Origin: a virus
Taxonomy: Duplodnaviria; Caudoviricetes
Length of the DNA stretch: 64,000 nucleotides
Strand: one strand, 5' to 3'
IMG/VR virus record: IMGVR_UViG_3300030059_001404
Span: 2,826 to 66,825 of that record
A program made the translations under genes and the position numbers. The notes beneath the pieces are model-generated. The model did not search any database. It worked only from the letters and a program-made list of their open reading frames with translations, and was not told where the DNA came from. Positions 26,701-34,781 of the stretch are shown piece after piece. Each line of letters begins with the position of its first letter. Position 1 is the first letter of the stretch.

Positions 26701-29499
26701 GCTTTGTAAATTTTCACTATAGTTAGATGCGAAATCATTTAAATACTCAGCTAATGTTTGTCTTTGTACTTTACCCTTAGCGTTTTTAAAAGTCAACATA
26801 ATCTTATCTAAACTTTTACTGTCTTTTAAAGACTCCACTAGCCTAGTTGTAACAGCTGTAAGATTTGATTCTCCTTTTTTAAGACCTTGAATAAGTAAAG
26901 CATGACCTATTTCATGACCTATTGTTGCTATGTTAGCTTTTGATGTATTAATATATATAGTATCATTTTGAGACATATAAGCACCAGGGTTTTCTTTACC
27001 TGTTAGCAATTTATATGTAGCAGGGTCTTCTACTAAAATTATTTTAGTATTAGGTAGGACTTTAGAAATAGATGCAGCACCTCTTTTAGCTATATTAACT
27101 AACTTATTATAAGCTTTTGTAGCAACTTCTCCTACAATTTTACCTCCTTGAAAATTTTGTAGATTCGATAAAACTTGTTCTACTTTTACTTTAATCTTTG
27201 ATCCGTCTTTAGTTGTAGTGTCTGTTTCTACAGCCTCGTTACGCTGTAATGAATCAGTCTCTGTGCTTTCAGCTTCAGCTAACTTATCTATTTCAGCTTG
27301 TAATTCGTTTCTTTTATTGTTTGTTTCTTCTACAGTTGGTTCTGTTATACCATCTTCGGCTAAAGCCTCATTGGCTTGCTGATCAGTTACTTTCGTCTTC
27401 TTTGTTTTGGTAGTTTCAGTCTCGTTTTCTGTTTGGGCTGGACTTTGTTCGGTAGTCGTTTCATCGGATTCGTCTCTTGTTCCCAGCGTTTTGCTATTTG
27501 GGGCAAGTTTTTGTGCATCCAACGTCTTTGTGATTCGCTCAAAAATGGCATTTGCTTTTTCTTGTATTTGTTGGTCGGAGGGACTTTCCACACCTTCACC
27601 TATTAATTCTTGTGTTGCTTGTTCGTTTAGATTTCCATTATACTTATCAGATATTGCTTTTAAATATTTATCTATCTGTTTTATTTTTATTTTAGAAGTT
27701 TCTAAATCTGGATTTTTAATTGCTCGTTTAGCATACTCTAAATCTATAGCAGTTTTTCTATCATTAGTATCTGTAATATTTGGGTCAAGTTCTAACCCTA
27801 ATTTAGCATATGACTTAGCATTTGTAATAATATTCTTTCTTGCTGGGTCATTAAAAACTTCAACATTTAGTTCAGGAGAAGCTAACTCTTCCATAGTCAA
27901 TCCTCCATCTTCAACTTTTTGAAATATAGCATCTACTGTTTCTTGTGATACAAAGTCTCCGTTAACTTTATACCTTGGAACTCTTAAAAGACCTGCTGTT
28001 ACTGATATTGGTGCTGTTGAAATACCAGCTATACCTTCTAAAAATATATCTATTTCGTCCATTTCTTGACCAGCAACTTTTCTACCTGCATACTCACCAA
28101 ATGACCCACCTACTGCTTCAATTCCTACTCCTGTACCTATTGCAGCCATTTTAGAAGCTTGAATAGCATTTTTTCCTTTTATAGCTCCTTTTAATAAACC
28201 TTTACTAGCAGCTTTTGTTCCTAATCTAGCAACAGCACCAACAGCACCTTTAGATAATCCCATTGTTACAGCTTCAACTGTACCAATAGTTAACCCTCTG
28301 GATATAGCTCTGTTTCTAATTCTAGACATTGCTTCAGGCTGAAATAATAATTCCCTTACACTTTCTGCATTCATAGCCATACCTTGTTTTTCTAGCTCTG
28401 CTTTAAAAAACTCGGCAAAAGATAATGCTCCTTCAAGAGCTGTGGTCGCTCCACCTATAGCTCCACCTACAGCTCCTGCTGTTCCAGTAAATATACTACC
28501 AAAGAATGCTCCAACAGGGCCACCTACAGCTCCTGCTGCTGCTCCTAGAGCTAGACCTGCTCCTCCTCCTGCTAATGCTCCCATTCCTGCTGCTGCTAAT
28601 GAATGTGCATTTACCATACTTCTAATAGACTGAACTAATACAGCTGGTGCAATAGATAAATTATTTATTAACCCTGTCATCATTCCCATAAATCCTCCTC
28701 CATTAGCAGCAGAAATTCTTCTAAATTCTGCCATTTCATAAGACTCAGGTTGTTCTTCTAACCTTCTTTGGGCTGCTAAAAAGTTTTCTATATCTTCTTG
28801 TGTTACATTTTCAGCATTTTTAAGAGCTAATTGCATAAAATCTCCTACAGCATCTCCTTGCGCAGCACCTGTTTGATATCCACGATACATATCACCAAAG
28901 AAATCAGTAAACCCATTGCTACCAAAAGCTCTTTCCATAGCAGTTGATATCTCTCCTTGGTCATTTCTTTGAACGTAATCTTCTCCTGTTGTTTCACCAT
29001 CTCTTCTTACGATACCACTATTTTTTACCGCCAAATCCATGTTATCATAATTAGATGATTCATAACCAAAATCATCTTCTTCTTCTTGATTAATTATTTC
29101 AACATCTTCTTCAGGTATTTCTTCAACATCATCTTCTATTACATTGTCCTCAATGTTTTCCTCTCCACCATCCAATGAAGGTTGTTGAATGTTCGGATCT
29201 ACAGGAGAAGCCGAACCTGCCACGACTGGCGTGGAATTGGAAATTGAATCTGGGTCTCCAGGGCCTCCAGGAACGATTGGAGTACCATCTGGATTTTTTT
29301 TTTCACCGCTAGCAAATTGCCCTAAACCATACAACTCTTCAAATTGCTCTTGTGATTCTACATCATACAAGCCTTGTATAACTTCATCATAAAACATTTT
29401 ACGTTTTTCAGGATCAGCTAAATATTCAGAAAAGTCTTCTAAAGTACCTACTTCATATTCTTGTTTAATATCTTCCCACAATAATTCTAATTTATCCAT
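20758..29499 (-). CDS. Giant internal virion/ejection protein with a zincin-like HExxH motif
   Basis: 2913 aa at the end of the structural operon; IYIN...TIGHEIGHALL at about aa 862. Confidence 0.7.
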   Translation of the reverse strand: MDKLELLWEDIKQEYEVGTLEDFSEYLADPEKRKMFYDEVIQGLYDVESQEQFEELYGLGQFASGEKKNPDGTPIVPGGPGDPDSISNSTPVVAGSASPVDPNIQQPSLDGGEENIEDNVIEDDVEEIPEEDVEIINQEEEDDFGYESSNYDNMDLAVKNSGIVRRDGETTGEDYVQRNDQGEISTAMERAFGSNGFTDFFGDMYRGYQTGAAQGDAVGDFMQLALKNAENVTQEDIENFLAAQRRLEEQPESYEMAEFRRISAANGGGFMGMMTGLINNLSIAPAVLVQSIRSMVNAHSLAAAGMGALAGGGAGLALGAAAGAVGGPVGAFFGSIFTGTAGAVGGAIGGATTALEGALSFAEFFKAELEKQGMAMNAESVRELLFQPEAMSRIRNRAISRGLTIGTVEAVTMGLSKGAVGAVARLGTKAASKGLLKGAIKGKNAIQASKMAAIGTGVGIEAVGGSFGEYAGRKVAGQEMDEIDIFLEGIAGISTAPISVTAGLLRVPRYKVNGDFVSQETVDAIFQKVEDGGLTMEELASPELNVEVFNDPARKNIITNAKSYAKLGLELDPNITDTNDRKTAIDLEYAKRAIKNPDLETSKIKIKQIDKYLKAISDKYNGNLNEQATQELIGEGVESPSDQQIQEKANAIFERITKTLDAQKLAPNSKTLGTRDESDETTTEQSPAQTENETETTKTKKTKVTDQQANEALAEDGITEPTVEETNNKRNELQAEIDKLAEAESTETDSLQRNEAVETDTTTKDGSKIKVKVEQVLSNLQNFQGGKIVGEVATKAYNKLVNIAKRGAASISKVLPNTKIILVEDPATYKLLTGKENPGAYMSQNDTIYINTSKANIATIGHEIGHALLIQGLKKGESNLTAVTTRLVESLKDSKSLDKIMLTFKNAKGKVQRQTLAEYLNDFASNYSENLQSEEKITELIGTLAGNFGRLDIKQKGIVRRFLDKIMKGIGLGKYVNELTSTDRKVVSFLNAMAGKIGSGSVMQKGDMSLLNELQAEQDAINKLKPKKKPKKKPKAKKKAKKKVSDKADVKIKPKKKPKAKTPKKGDQKDSVEEMNDRFQNDYSDPVSGMTFSYDVNSGKFAILEKDKFINREKSIKDFNKQSVLLHQPDGAYSGFILDKKGNVLVEGKGGVFYTIKFHEDGSFWAGSKQGADLMVKLLNEASIANGGKVLMALTSAPADKLLSSTTMANGVIDIFNYMSENTTLKLGKESTQNIVVEAANTQLGTNLEFDNTYESNLSEIKIKLGTTEKTQNLNPDEQDNFISFKKRKAFVSNVIKNISDEINNSPEAIEQFGKIFSEGIQNKYFKGKSKTGKLSISPANMTQALSEMLTEPVLKDDVVESGVNKGKRKTGEIYAILEIDGQVESVKTDQHESYAYGIKAKTKGNKATVNLLTDRVSWTDVTIDPQTSQTIESSREKSVFPSFGTASTVVTLNTDNVTEIQDRDQISLDRLIDDYNVNPRGFMPANIYNLGLLRRQAKEFGLGIAEAKIREGYRRGEISGYYFTKGLNKQGKPKFFNPRARYQIIDSDKAVDIIIDARKNKISDAAIKIALDAEGFKKGDIASALENADFYADISSEVPSSFKVLGDKKGAKLYNKVVDFVKKKNIENSKPNKRKSTKELAINAEDRRAAYVKQANLKTNVEIEAEVSKERTRLSNLKKPLSATEIDQRANKKLFALQKAHQDKLNRINNSMLKFEQQQTRKNDLLDPKLSRAEVIDLAIEVLQADPTYIDAIGKKEGQSDLQILLVDQLLSNLATRATVNVNQKIKAAKARLNLKFKGNPVLTKKEVFYTQTQLINLVKQTIPAALFDSAAVQNLLKDIRDVAKPGRDINDITKEITRKINTINSKFLFKQIESILNKKYTRKSGGVVKALKVIGDISTRIKNIVNNTLVNENSKLELSELKEKVTDTNAALQEKLNKLGKELKTTPESQEKLIAEMADIQIAMQINNALAMDNNNSSKVGQLNLVLESLEEMLLGGESALKLKLKQQQQQHMDIVNSMYEAITGKKLDLSVNDNLKLANKAISDAKKVTERKQKRFFIISRVYTAIAKGISYLRNSTSGLALLVEKLDVLPGELFGGVMQELVYEKINESSYAYKQFQQDNKKIILDKVVELFVTKKFLGITKPNFVQRKQARKALRKMNEVTGRKKLADTRLGRMMKKAGVEEIYKLFSNIGRLDAEGNSIYTSQKEIELALKEVENATGIFEKLRAKKDLRNAIYANQFTLSDAETYYLYNQYKDESNHVNFAMNPLFGKDHARIMQKLTESMTPELKAYADWQVNEMYPSLYERYNEVYKKIYHIDLPWNDTYGGRLYLEGIENDAVSLIGNPNIYKTGDTKSASMFSRVQHNNPIQITNGNNALSTYLTDMDWFAAYGENINNISKAFGNATIKGAITAKEGDFFYETIDKIVNTISARGINSSMTNKLISVANNFFISTRIALTPIIAAKQLLSTFTYVGDIGFVNWFKYAGLMTANSVSFGKFGQGFAGAAKEIFANSPYMKDRYSAGFQNTLEAYSNTKETTLLPGGYMQFIMDFNMFFSKVGDAGAIFMGGVPTYLYYKAEAKKTNPDATDQELIDIAIKKFQKSTKETQQSSDIQDKDIYQMGDSSLRYLNMFKTTPKQYMRKSMYSQIQMGRKVRAGFKAMFQGKSPVEIYKTIRDTGKGSFLQNLRNFMLYYTVMPVTFQYMAMGLPGLMKDDGLDDEDINDLVRSAALGNIGAMFIVGDLVKGVSDFYIGDKAYAEDIGQGLPIFELASQFNKKYARYERLKPGPLKEAALLQLLGTGLDLGGLPGSKGMQGVQHVLRLNDGSAMTDEERVMRYLGYSEYIISKANKADEDAIPEGLSPNEVKAFLKKKNKNDTGSMSPAEYREFQKKNNPKRAMSPAEYRKSKKKNN

Positions 29500-29505
29500 A
29501 GTTTT

Positions 29506-31731
29506 CTAGTTTGTACCTGGTAAAGGTCTTTTCTTTTTACCTATCTGTCCAGTCGAACCTCTTTTAGTAGCTCTATAAGTTTTACCCCATGGCTTCGCTA
29601 TTTTATCTACAAATTCGTCTTTAATCATAACAAATAATTGGTTGAAACTTAAGTCAATTAATCTATTAACACCTGTGTATTTTAATACATTTGCATCGTT
29701 TATTTTAAAAATTTGCTCAGCTCCTGTTGCATCTTTAAATACTATCTCATACTGTACCTGATTTGCTCCTTGATTATCAACACCTTCACTAGATTTACCT
29801 CTTGTTTGTTTAACTTCTATGCCACCACCTACAGCTTTTAAATCTTTCTGGAATTGTGGAGTTAACATTGCGTTTATATTCCTAAACATAGCTGTTTCTA
29901 ACTCTTTAGCTTTAATTTCATCTCCACCAACGCCAGAAGCCACTGTTTTTTGTTGATCCCCTCTAACAGTAATTTCAGTCATTGTTCCTACATCTGTACT
30001 CTTGTTATCGTAATCATAATCATCCATAGAATAACTCACATCTAAAGAATCTTGATTCATTACTTGCGCATGGTCTATAAGTTCTTGCTCTGTTGGAACG
30101 GACGACATGCCATTCTCACCCTTCCAGCTCTCTATAATAAGTTTTCTTTGATCAGGTACAAGTAGTAATTCTTTCGCCTGGTCAGTGCTAATACCTCTTT
30201 GTCCACCAGTCTCAAATTTATTTTGAGAAATCCAATCATCAACCACTATTTGGTTGTTAAACATTTGTCCATCCAAAGCAACACCTAGTTGATAAATTTG
30301 ATTATTAATTCCTACTGTTTCATTATCTTCTAAAGTAAGTATATCACCATCTGCTCCTCCTCCTTGACGATTAATAGCGTTACTATTTGTTTTATCAGCA
30401 TATTTAAACTGAATGATATCATCGTTTAATGTATAGCCAATAATTTTTCTCCCTGGTTGTTTTCCTTTAGCTGCAAGTTTTTGATTATATTGTTCAATTA
30501 AAGTTTCTAAGTTACCCTGTACATCATCAGGATCATCAGAAGTTAAGATATTGTTTAAGTTTCTAATATTAGTTCCTAATTCTTTTTGTTCTTTTTCTAA
30601 GACAGCATCAGCAGTTGATTTTGCTTTAGGTTGTATAGGGTCTATACCTCCCTCTAGCTCAGTTTTTTGAGCTAATTTGCTATCAAACTGACCTCCTAAA
30701 AAGTCTACAATATCTTGATCTACAGCACTAAAAGCATCAGGGCCAAAAACTGGATTTCCGTTTTCTGATGTATACATAATTATATTTGCAGCATCAACTC
30801 CTTCTTCCATCATTTTATTTTTTTGCTCTTCTGACCCAGCAAACCTATAACCTTTGCCATTAGCAGCTCGCATAGTACCTAAAACATTTGCTTTAGCAAT
30901 ATCATTTGTGATAAATGAATCTATAGCGTCCTGTTTAGTTCCATCGTAATCAGGATGCAATCTAATATCCTCCATGGTCTTAAATATTCTACTACCACTA
31001 CCAGATAATTTTTCTTCTAAAATTAAAGTTCCCAAACCTGCGGAGTAGTCAGTCATACCTGCGTTTACATTAACAGTATTTAACTGAAAATTTTGTCTAG
31101 TTCCTACCGAATTAGGGTTCATGAAATTATCAGGATTTTTTTTCCTGTCTGGCATTACAAAATTACCTGACCCTGGTGGTTCTTCTATTAAACGAACAGC
31201 TTCCATACCTCCAGTAGTAGTTGGTATAAACTTTACGTTTTCCATATTTCCAAAAGCTGATGTACTTATATTAAAATCTTGTTCTAATTGAGAAGCTATT
31301 TGTAAGTTGGTTTTAGGATCAGTTGCTAATCTTTCTCTAGATTTAGTTTCCCATGCATCCCAGTTGCTAATTACACCTTTTAAATTAGTATAAGCGTTTT
31401 GTTGTTTTTGTAGAAATATTTTATAATCCTTTGGCTTTATTAATCCTTTTTTCATTAAATCAACTTGTATCTGTAAAGCCTCAGTAGCACTTTGACCACC
31501 ATCTATTAAAGCTGTAGACAAAGTAGCGTTATTAATATTTTCTCCTTTAGCTAACTCAGCCATCATTTTAGAAGTAGCCTCGTCTATAGCACCTTTTCTT
31601 GTTGCTCTATCGTCACGAATTGCTTCAATACCTGTTGTTATATCTGCTGCAACAGTTCCCCAGTCAATGGTGTTTTTTTGTACGTCTTTCTCAGCCCTTA
31701 CAGACCAAGTTTTTGGATCATTTAATGCCAT
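29506..31731 (-). CDS. Putative internal virion/ejection protein
   Basis: Position in a three-gene ejection-like block; helical composition. Confidence 0.55.
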   Translation of the reverse strand: MALNDPKTWSVRAEKDVQKNTIDWGTVAADITTGIEAIRDDRATRKGAIDEATSKMMAELAKGENINNATLSTALIDGGQSATEALQIQVDLMKKGLIKPKDYKIFLQKQQNAYTNLKGVISNWDAWETKSRERLATDPKTNLQIASQLEQDFNISTSAFGNMENVKFIPTTTGGMEAVRLIEEPPGSGNFVMPDRKKNPDNFMNPNSVGTRQNFQLNTVNVNAGMTDYSAGLGTLILEEKLSGSGSRIFKTMEDIRLHPDYDGTKQDAIDSFITNDIAKANVLGTMRAANGKGYRFAGSEEQKNKMMEEGVDAANIIMYTSENGNPVFGPDAFSAVDQDIVDFLGGQFDSKLAQKTELEGGIDPIQPKAKSTADAVLEKEQKELGTNIRNLNNILTSDDPDDVQGNLETLIEQYNQKLAAKGKQPGRKIIGYTLNDDIIQFKYADKTNSNAINRQGGGADGDILTLEDNETVGINNQIYQLGVALDGQMFNNQIVVDDWISQNKFETGGQRGISTDQAKELLLVPDQRKLIIESWKGENGMSSVPTEQELIDHAQVMNQDSLDVSYSMDDYDYDNKSTDVGTMTEITVRGDQQKTVASGVGGDEIKAKELETAMFRNINAMLTPQFQKDLKAVGGGIEVKQTRGKSSEGVDNQGANQVQYEIVFKDATGAEQIFKINDANVLKYTGVNRLIDLSFNQLFVMIKDEFVDKIAKPWGKTYRATKRGSTGQIGKKKRPLPGTN

Positions 31732-31740
31732 AGTTTTCTT

Positions 31741-32544
31741 TTAATCGTCGTCTTTCATGTCAAAGAATCCAGGCTCACTTTCATAAATTTGATTTCCTGT
31801 TCTTGTGTTTAATCTTCCTTTACCAAATAAAGTATCAAAATCAAAAGAGCCTCCTTTTCTAATTTTTTTAAGAGTACCTTTATCTAAGCCACTTAGCATG
31901 TTTAATCCTCTATCTTCTCCAATACCTCTAGATTTAAATTGCGCACCTGCGTCACCACCGAATATGCTTTTAGCGTCTTTTGCAGCCCTTCCTTTACCAT
32001 ATAAAGGAACTAAACTTGCAGCAGAACCTACTGCTCCTAAAGCAGAACTTACTCCACTTTTCATACTACTTGCACCAAGCTGTTGTTGATAGTTTGCTTC
32101 AGCACTTGCATCTTTTGCTTCTCCTATGTTTGCAGCAACTAAATTCTGATTAATATTATCTTTAGCCTCAGCTTTCATTTTGTCATTATCATATAAAGCT
32201 TGACCTAAATCATTCCTTAATCCTTCGCTTGCAGCACTCTGAGCTTGATTAACTTGACCAACTCCTCCAGCTAAACCTCTTGCGTCTCCTTCTTGAAGTG
32301 CTTGAACAGCTGCCGAACCTGAAGCCATGTTTTCTTCTCTTTGTCTTTCATATGCTCCCACAGGAACATTTAAATTTTCGTAAAAATTCTTTTCTGCCAT
32401 AATCTTGGCTTCAGCCATAAGCCTCTTAGAATCTTGTTTTGCTACGTTAGCTGCATTTTTAGCTTTTGATGCCTGGGCAAAAGACATTCCTGCCCCAGCT
32501 ACTCCTGATGCTATTCCTACTACTGCTGATGTTACTGCTGCCAT
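31741..32544 (-). CDS. Putative ejection/pilot protein
   Basis: G/A-rich hydrophobic N-terminus followed by A/Q-rich coiled coil, as in podovirus internal virion proteins. Confidence 0.6.
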   Translation of the reverse strand: MAAVTSAVVGIASGVAGAGMSFAQASKAKNAANVAKQDSKRLMAEAKIMAEKNFYENLNVPVGAYERQREENMASGSAAVQALQEGDARGLAGGVGQVNQAQSAASEGLRNDLGQALYDNDKMKAEAKDNINQNLVAANIGEAKDASAEANYQQQLGASSMKSGVSSALGAVGSAASLVPLYGKGRAAKDAKSIFGGDAGAQFKSRGIGEDRGLNMLSGLDKGTLKKIRKGGSFDFDTLFGKGRLNTRTGNQIYESEPGFFDMKDDD

Positions 32545-32545
32545 A

Positions 32546-32956
32546 TTATAATATTTTAATCATTTCGTGAGTATAAGAGCCACCCTCTACATACCCTAAT
32601 TCTTTATATGTGTTTATTAAGGGTTTGTTCTTTAATAAAGCATACACATATTTTTTATCCAATTCTTTTGCTATTTCGCTAATAGTTGATATAAGTAATA
32701 AAATAGCTTTCTTTCTTTTTTTCCTGTCTTTATATTTAAAGTTAGATATAATCCAGTCACACCAAACTACTTTAGAATTTGTAAGATACATAAAACCTGC
32801 GCAAACAGGAATATCATCATCATAAACAATGTAGCCACCGTTACCATTATTAGGTAAAAAGTCTTTAGTAGGTGGAGTCCATCTCCAGTCTTTCCACCAT
32901 TTAACTAATATATTGTCATAGTCACCTTCTCTTAAAACTCTAACATTTAAATTCAT
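32546..32956 (-). CDS. GNAT-like acetyltransferase-fold protein
   Basis: PVCAGFMY...WCDWIISN...LINTYKELGY; position before the ejection genes. Confidence 0.6.
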   Translation of the reverse strand: MNLNVRVLREGDYDNILVKWWKDWRWTPPTKDFLPNNGNGGYIVYDDDIPVCAGFMYLTNSKVVWCDWIISNFKYKDRKKRKKAILLLISTISEIAKELDKKYVYALLKNKPLINTYKELGYVEGGSYTHEMIKIL

Positions 32957-32961
32957 TAAAG

Positions 32962-32969
32962 CAAAGATA
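32962..32969 (-). promoter_or_regulatory. -7 promoter element TATCTTTG
   Basis: CAAAGATA on +, 5 nt from the ATG at 32956. Confidence 0.5.
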
Positions 32970-32977
32970 CTAATAAT

Positions 32978-33781
32978 TTATGGAAAACTTTTCATCACAC
33001 TACTACCGACAGCAAATAATTCTACAGCGGTAGTTGCTGTGTTTTCTATGGTAAATTCAAGAAAATACCCTCTAGCTCCATGAGACTCAGCGACTGAGTT
33101 TTTAATATACAAAATAAACGAACCTATTGGGGGTTGTGCATTACCTGTTGCATCAACAGTTATAGTAGATGCTCCTACAACACTACTGTTGTTTACAGCT
33201 GTTACTCGTCCAATTAAAACAGGTACACCTCCATTGTTATAATAAGCGTCATCTCCACCAGTTCCAGTCGCAGCAGATCCTGCCTGAATAATATATCCTG
33301 GTGAGTCTGGTACAGAGAATGTTATTACAGTAGCATTTAGAGGCCCTGTAACATTAATATTATCTCCTATACCATTTGCAGAACGTAATCTCCAATCAAT
33401 AGCTCCTGCATTTGATCTAATAAAAGAAAACCATTCTCCTTCTTTTTCTTCAAAATAAGCACTTAGCATTGACCCTGTACTTAAGTCTGTAACTAAATTT
33501 GTTACGCTCCAAGCAGAATCACTTTCTAAAGACATGGTTTTAAATAACTTTATTGTTTGAGGTTCTGTATTAAACACACCTGTTATAGTAGAGTTGTATT
33601 GAACACCGTAATAGTTATTACGAATGTCATTAGTGTTGTGTCTATATAGGTTTCCTCCACTCCATGTGTAAAAATAACTATTCATTCCCTGCATCCAGTC
33701 TGGACAAAAAGAATAAAAAGATGGCCATCCCTGTACTGGAGGGCCTGAAAATGATAAGGTTGGGCAAGTTGGTATTGACAT
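32978..33781 (-). CDS. Tail structural protein resembling the C-terminal part of the muzzle/stabilization protein
   Basis: TLSF...GWPSFYSFCP...LYRHN...YGVQYNSTITGVFN...FKTMSLES pattern. Confidence 0.55.
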   Translation of the reverse strand: MSIPTCPTLSFSGPPVQGWPSFYSFCPDWMQGMNSYFYTWSGGNLYRHNTNDIRNNYYGVQYNSTITGVFNTEPQTIKLFKTMSLESDSAWSVTNLVTDLSTGSMLSAYFEEKEGEWFSFIRSNAGAIDWRLRSANGIGDNINVTGPLNATVITFSVPDSPGYIIQAGSAATGTGGDDAYYNNGGVPVLIGRVTAVNNSSVVGASTITVDATGNAQPPIGSFILYIKNSVAESHGARGYFLEFTIENTATTAVELFAVGSSVMKSFP

Positions 33782-33792
33782 AATTTATATTT

Positions 33793-34770
33793 TTAAGGGC
33801 AAGTTCCTATTGATGTTACTACTCCGTTTGCATCTACCTCAAAAAATGGTGCGCCTGTTCCTTGCGCTCCACTAGAATAAAATCCTGCTGCCGCAGCTGT
33901 AACTCCATTAATATCAGTAAAAACCCAGTCGTATAAACCTATTACTCCAGCTGTTCCATTTACAGGAGCGTTAAAGATAGGTGTTGCTCTAGTTGGTGCA
34001 TTACATGCGTCTGATTGAGTTGTCTTAACTACTGTAGTTAATGTTTGTGTTAACTCTTCAGGACAAGCAGTTATCATTGACCACGCTGTGGCTAAACAAG
34101 GTGCTTGAATATCTAGTAATAAAAGATTAGGCGAAGCGTTAGGCTTTGGAACTACCATTACAACTTCCCCTGGAGCAGATGTTGTAAAAGATACACCTCC
34201 AGATGCTGAATTTGTGTAAGGGCCTAATGTACTTGTTGCTCCTGAAGCTATAAAAGTATTAGAAGCTGAATCCCAGTTAAATACTGGTAAATTAACATAA
34301 GTACCACCATTACTTCCAAGGTTATTGTTCATTGCTCCTCCTGTACTACTTTGACAATAAGTTGTAGCCCCTGCTGCTGCTTCATTACCAATCACTCCTT
34401 CAAGGTATCCAAAAAGTGGAGAAGAATATTCTGAAGCTGTCTGAGAATCATAAGTCCAAGTCATTTTATCAGGGATATTAAAAACTGTAAACTTTAATAT
34501 TACCGCACCTGTTGTAGAACCTAAATCTATTACAGCTTTATATAATCCACCACCAGCATTAGTAGCACTTGGTGTTACTGAACAAGGAGATGCACATCCA
34601 ACGCAAGCAAGAGGTTGTTCTAAAACTCCGTTTAACATACGCCTAGAGACACCGTTTAAACTATACCAGCCATCTGCCGCTACAGTTGTTAGTTGTTGAG
34701 TTGTGTATATAGATGTTGATCCAGAAAAATCTGTTCCATCATAATAATAAGTTCCTATACATCCTGCCAT
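33793..34770 (-). CDS. Cys-containing virion structural protein
   Basis: T/G/A-rich, with Cys-bounded modules shared with the C-terminus of 34782..39923. Confidence 0.55.
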   Translation of the reverse strand: MAGCIGTYYYDGTDFSGSTSIYTTQQLTTVAADGWYSLNGVSRRMLNGVLEQPLACVGCASPCSVTPSATNAGGGLYKAVIDLGSTTGAVILKFTVFNIPDKMTWTYDSQTASEYSSPLFGYLEGVIGNEAAAGATTYCQSSTGGAMNNNLGSNGGTYVNLPVFNWDSASNTFIASGATSTLGPYTNSASGGVSFTTSAPGEVVMVVPKPNASPNLLLLDIQAPCLATAWSMITACPEELTQTLTTVVKTTQSDACNAPTRATPIFNAPVNGTAGVIGLYDWVFTDINGVTAAAAGFYSSGAQGTGAPFFEVDANGVVTSIGTCP

Positions 34771-34781
34771 AATTTATTTTT

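Noticed and set aside
20758-31731. Virion RNA polymerase as in crAss-like phages
   Set aside because: No DxDGD/DFDxD catalytic motif found by eye in the large proteins; a profile search would be decisive
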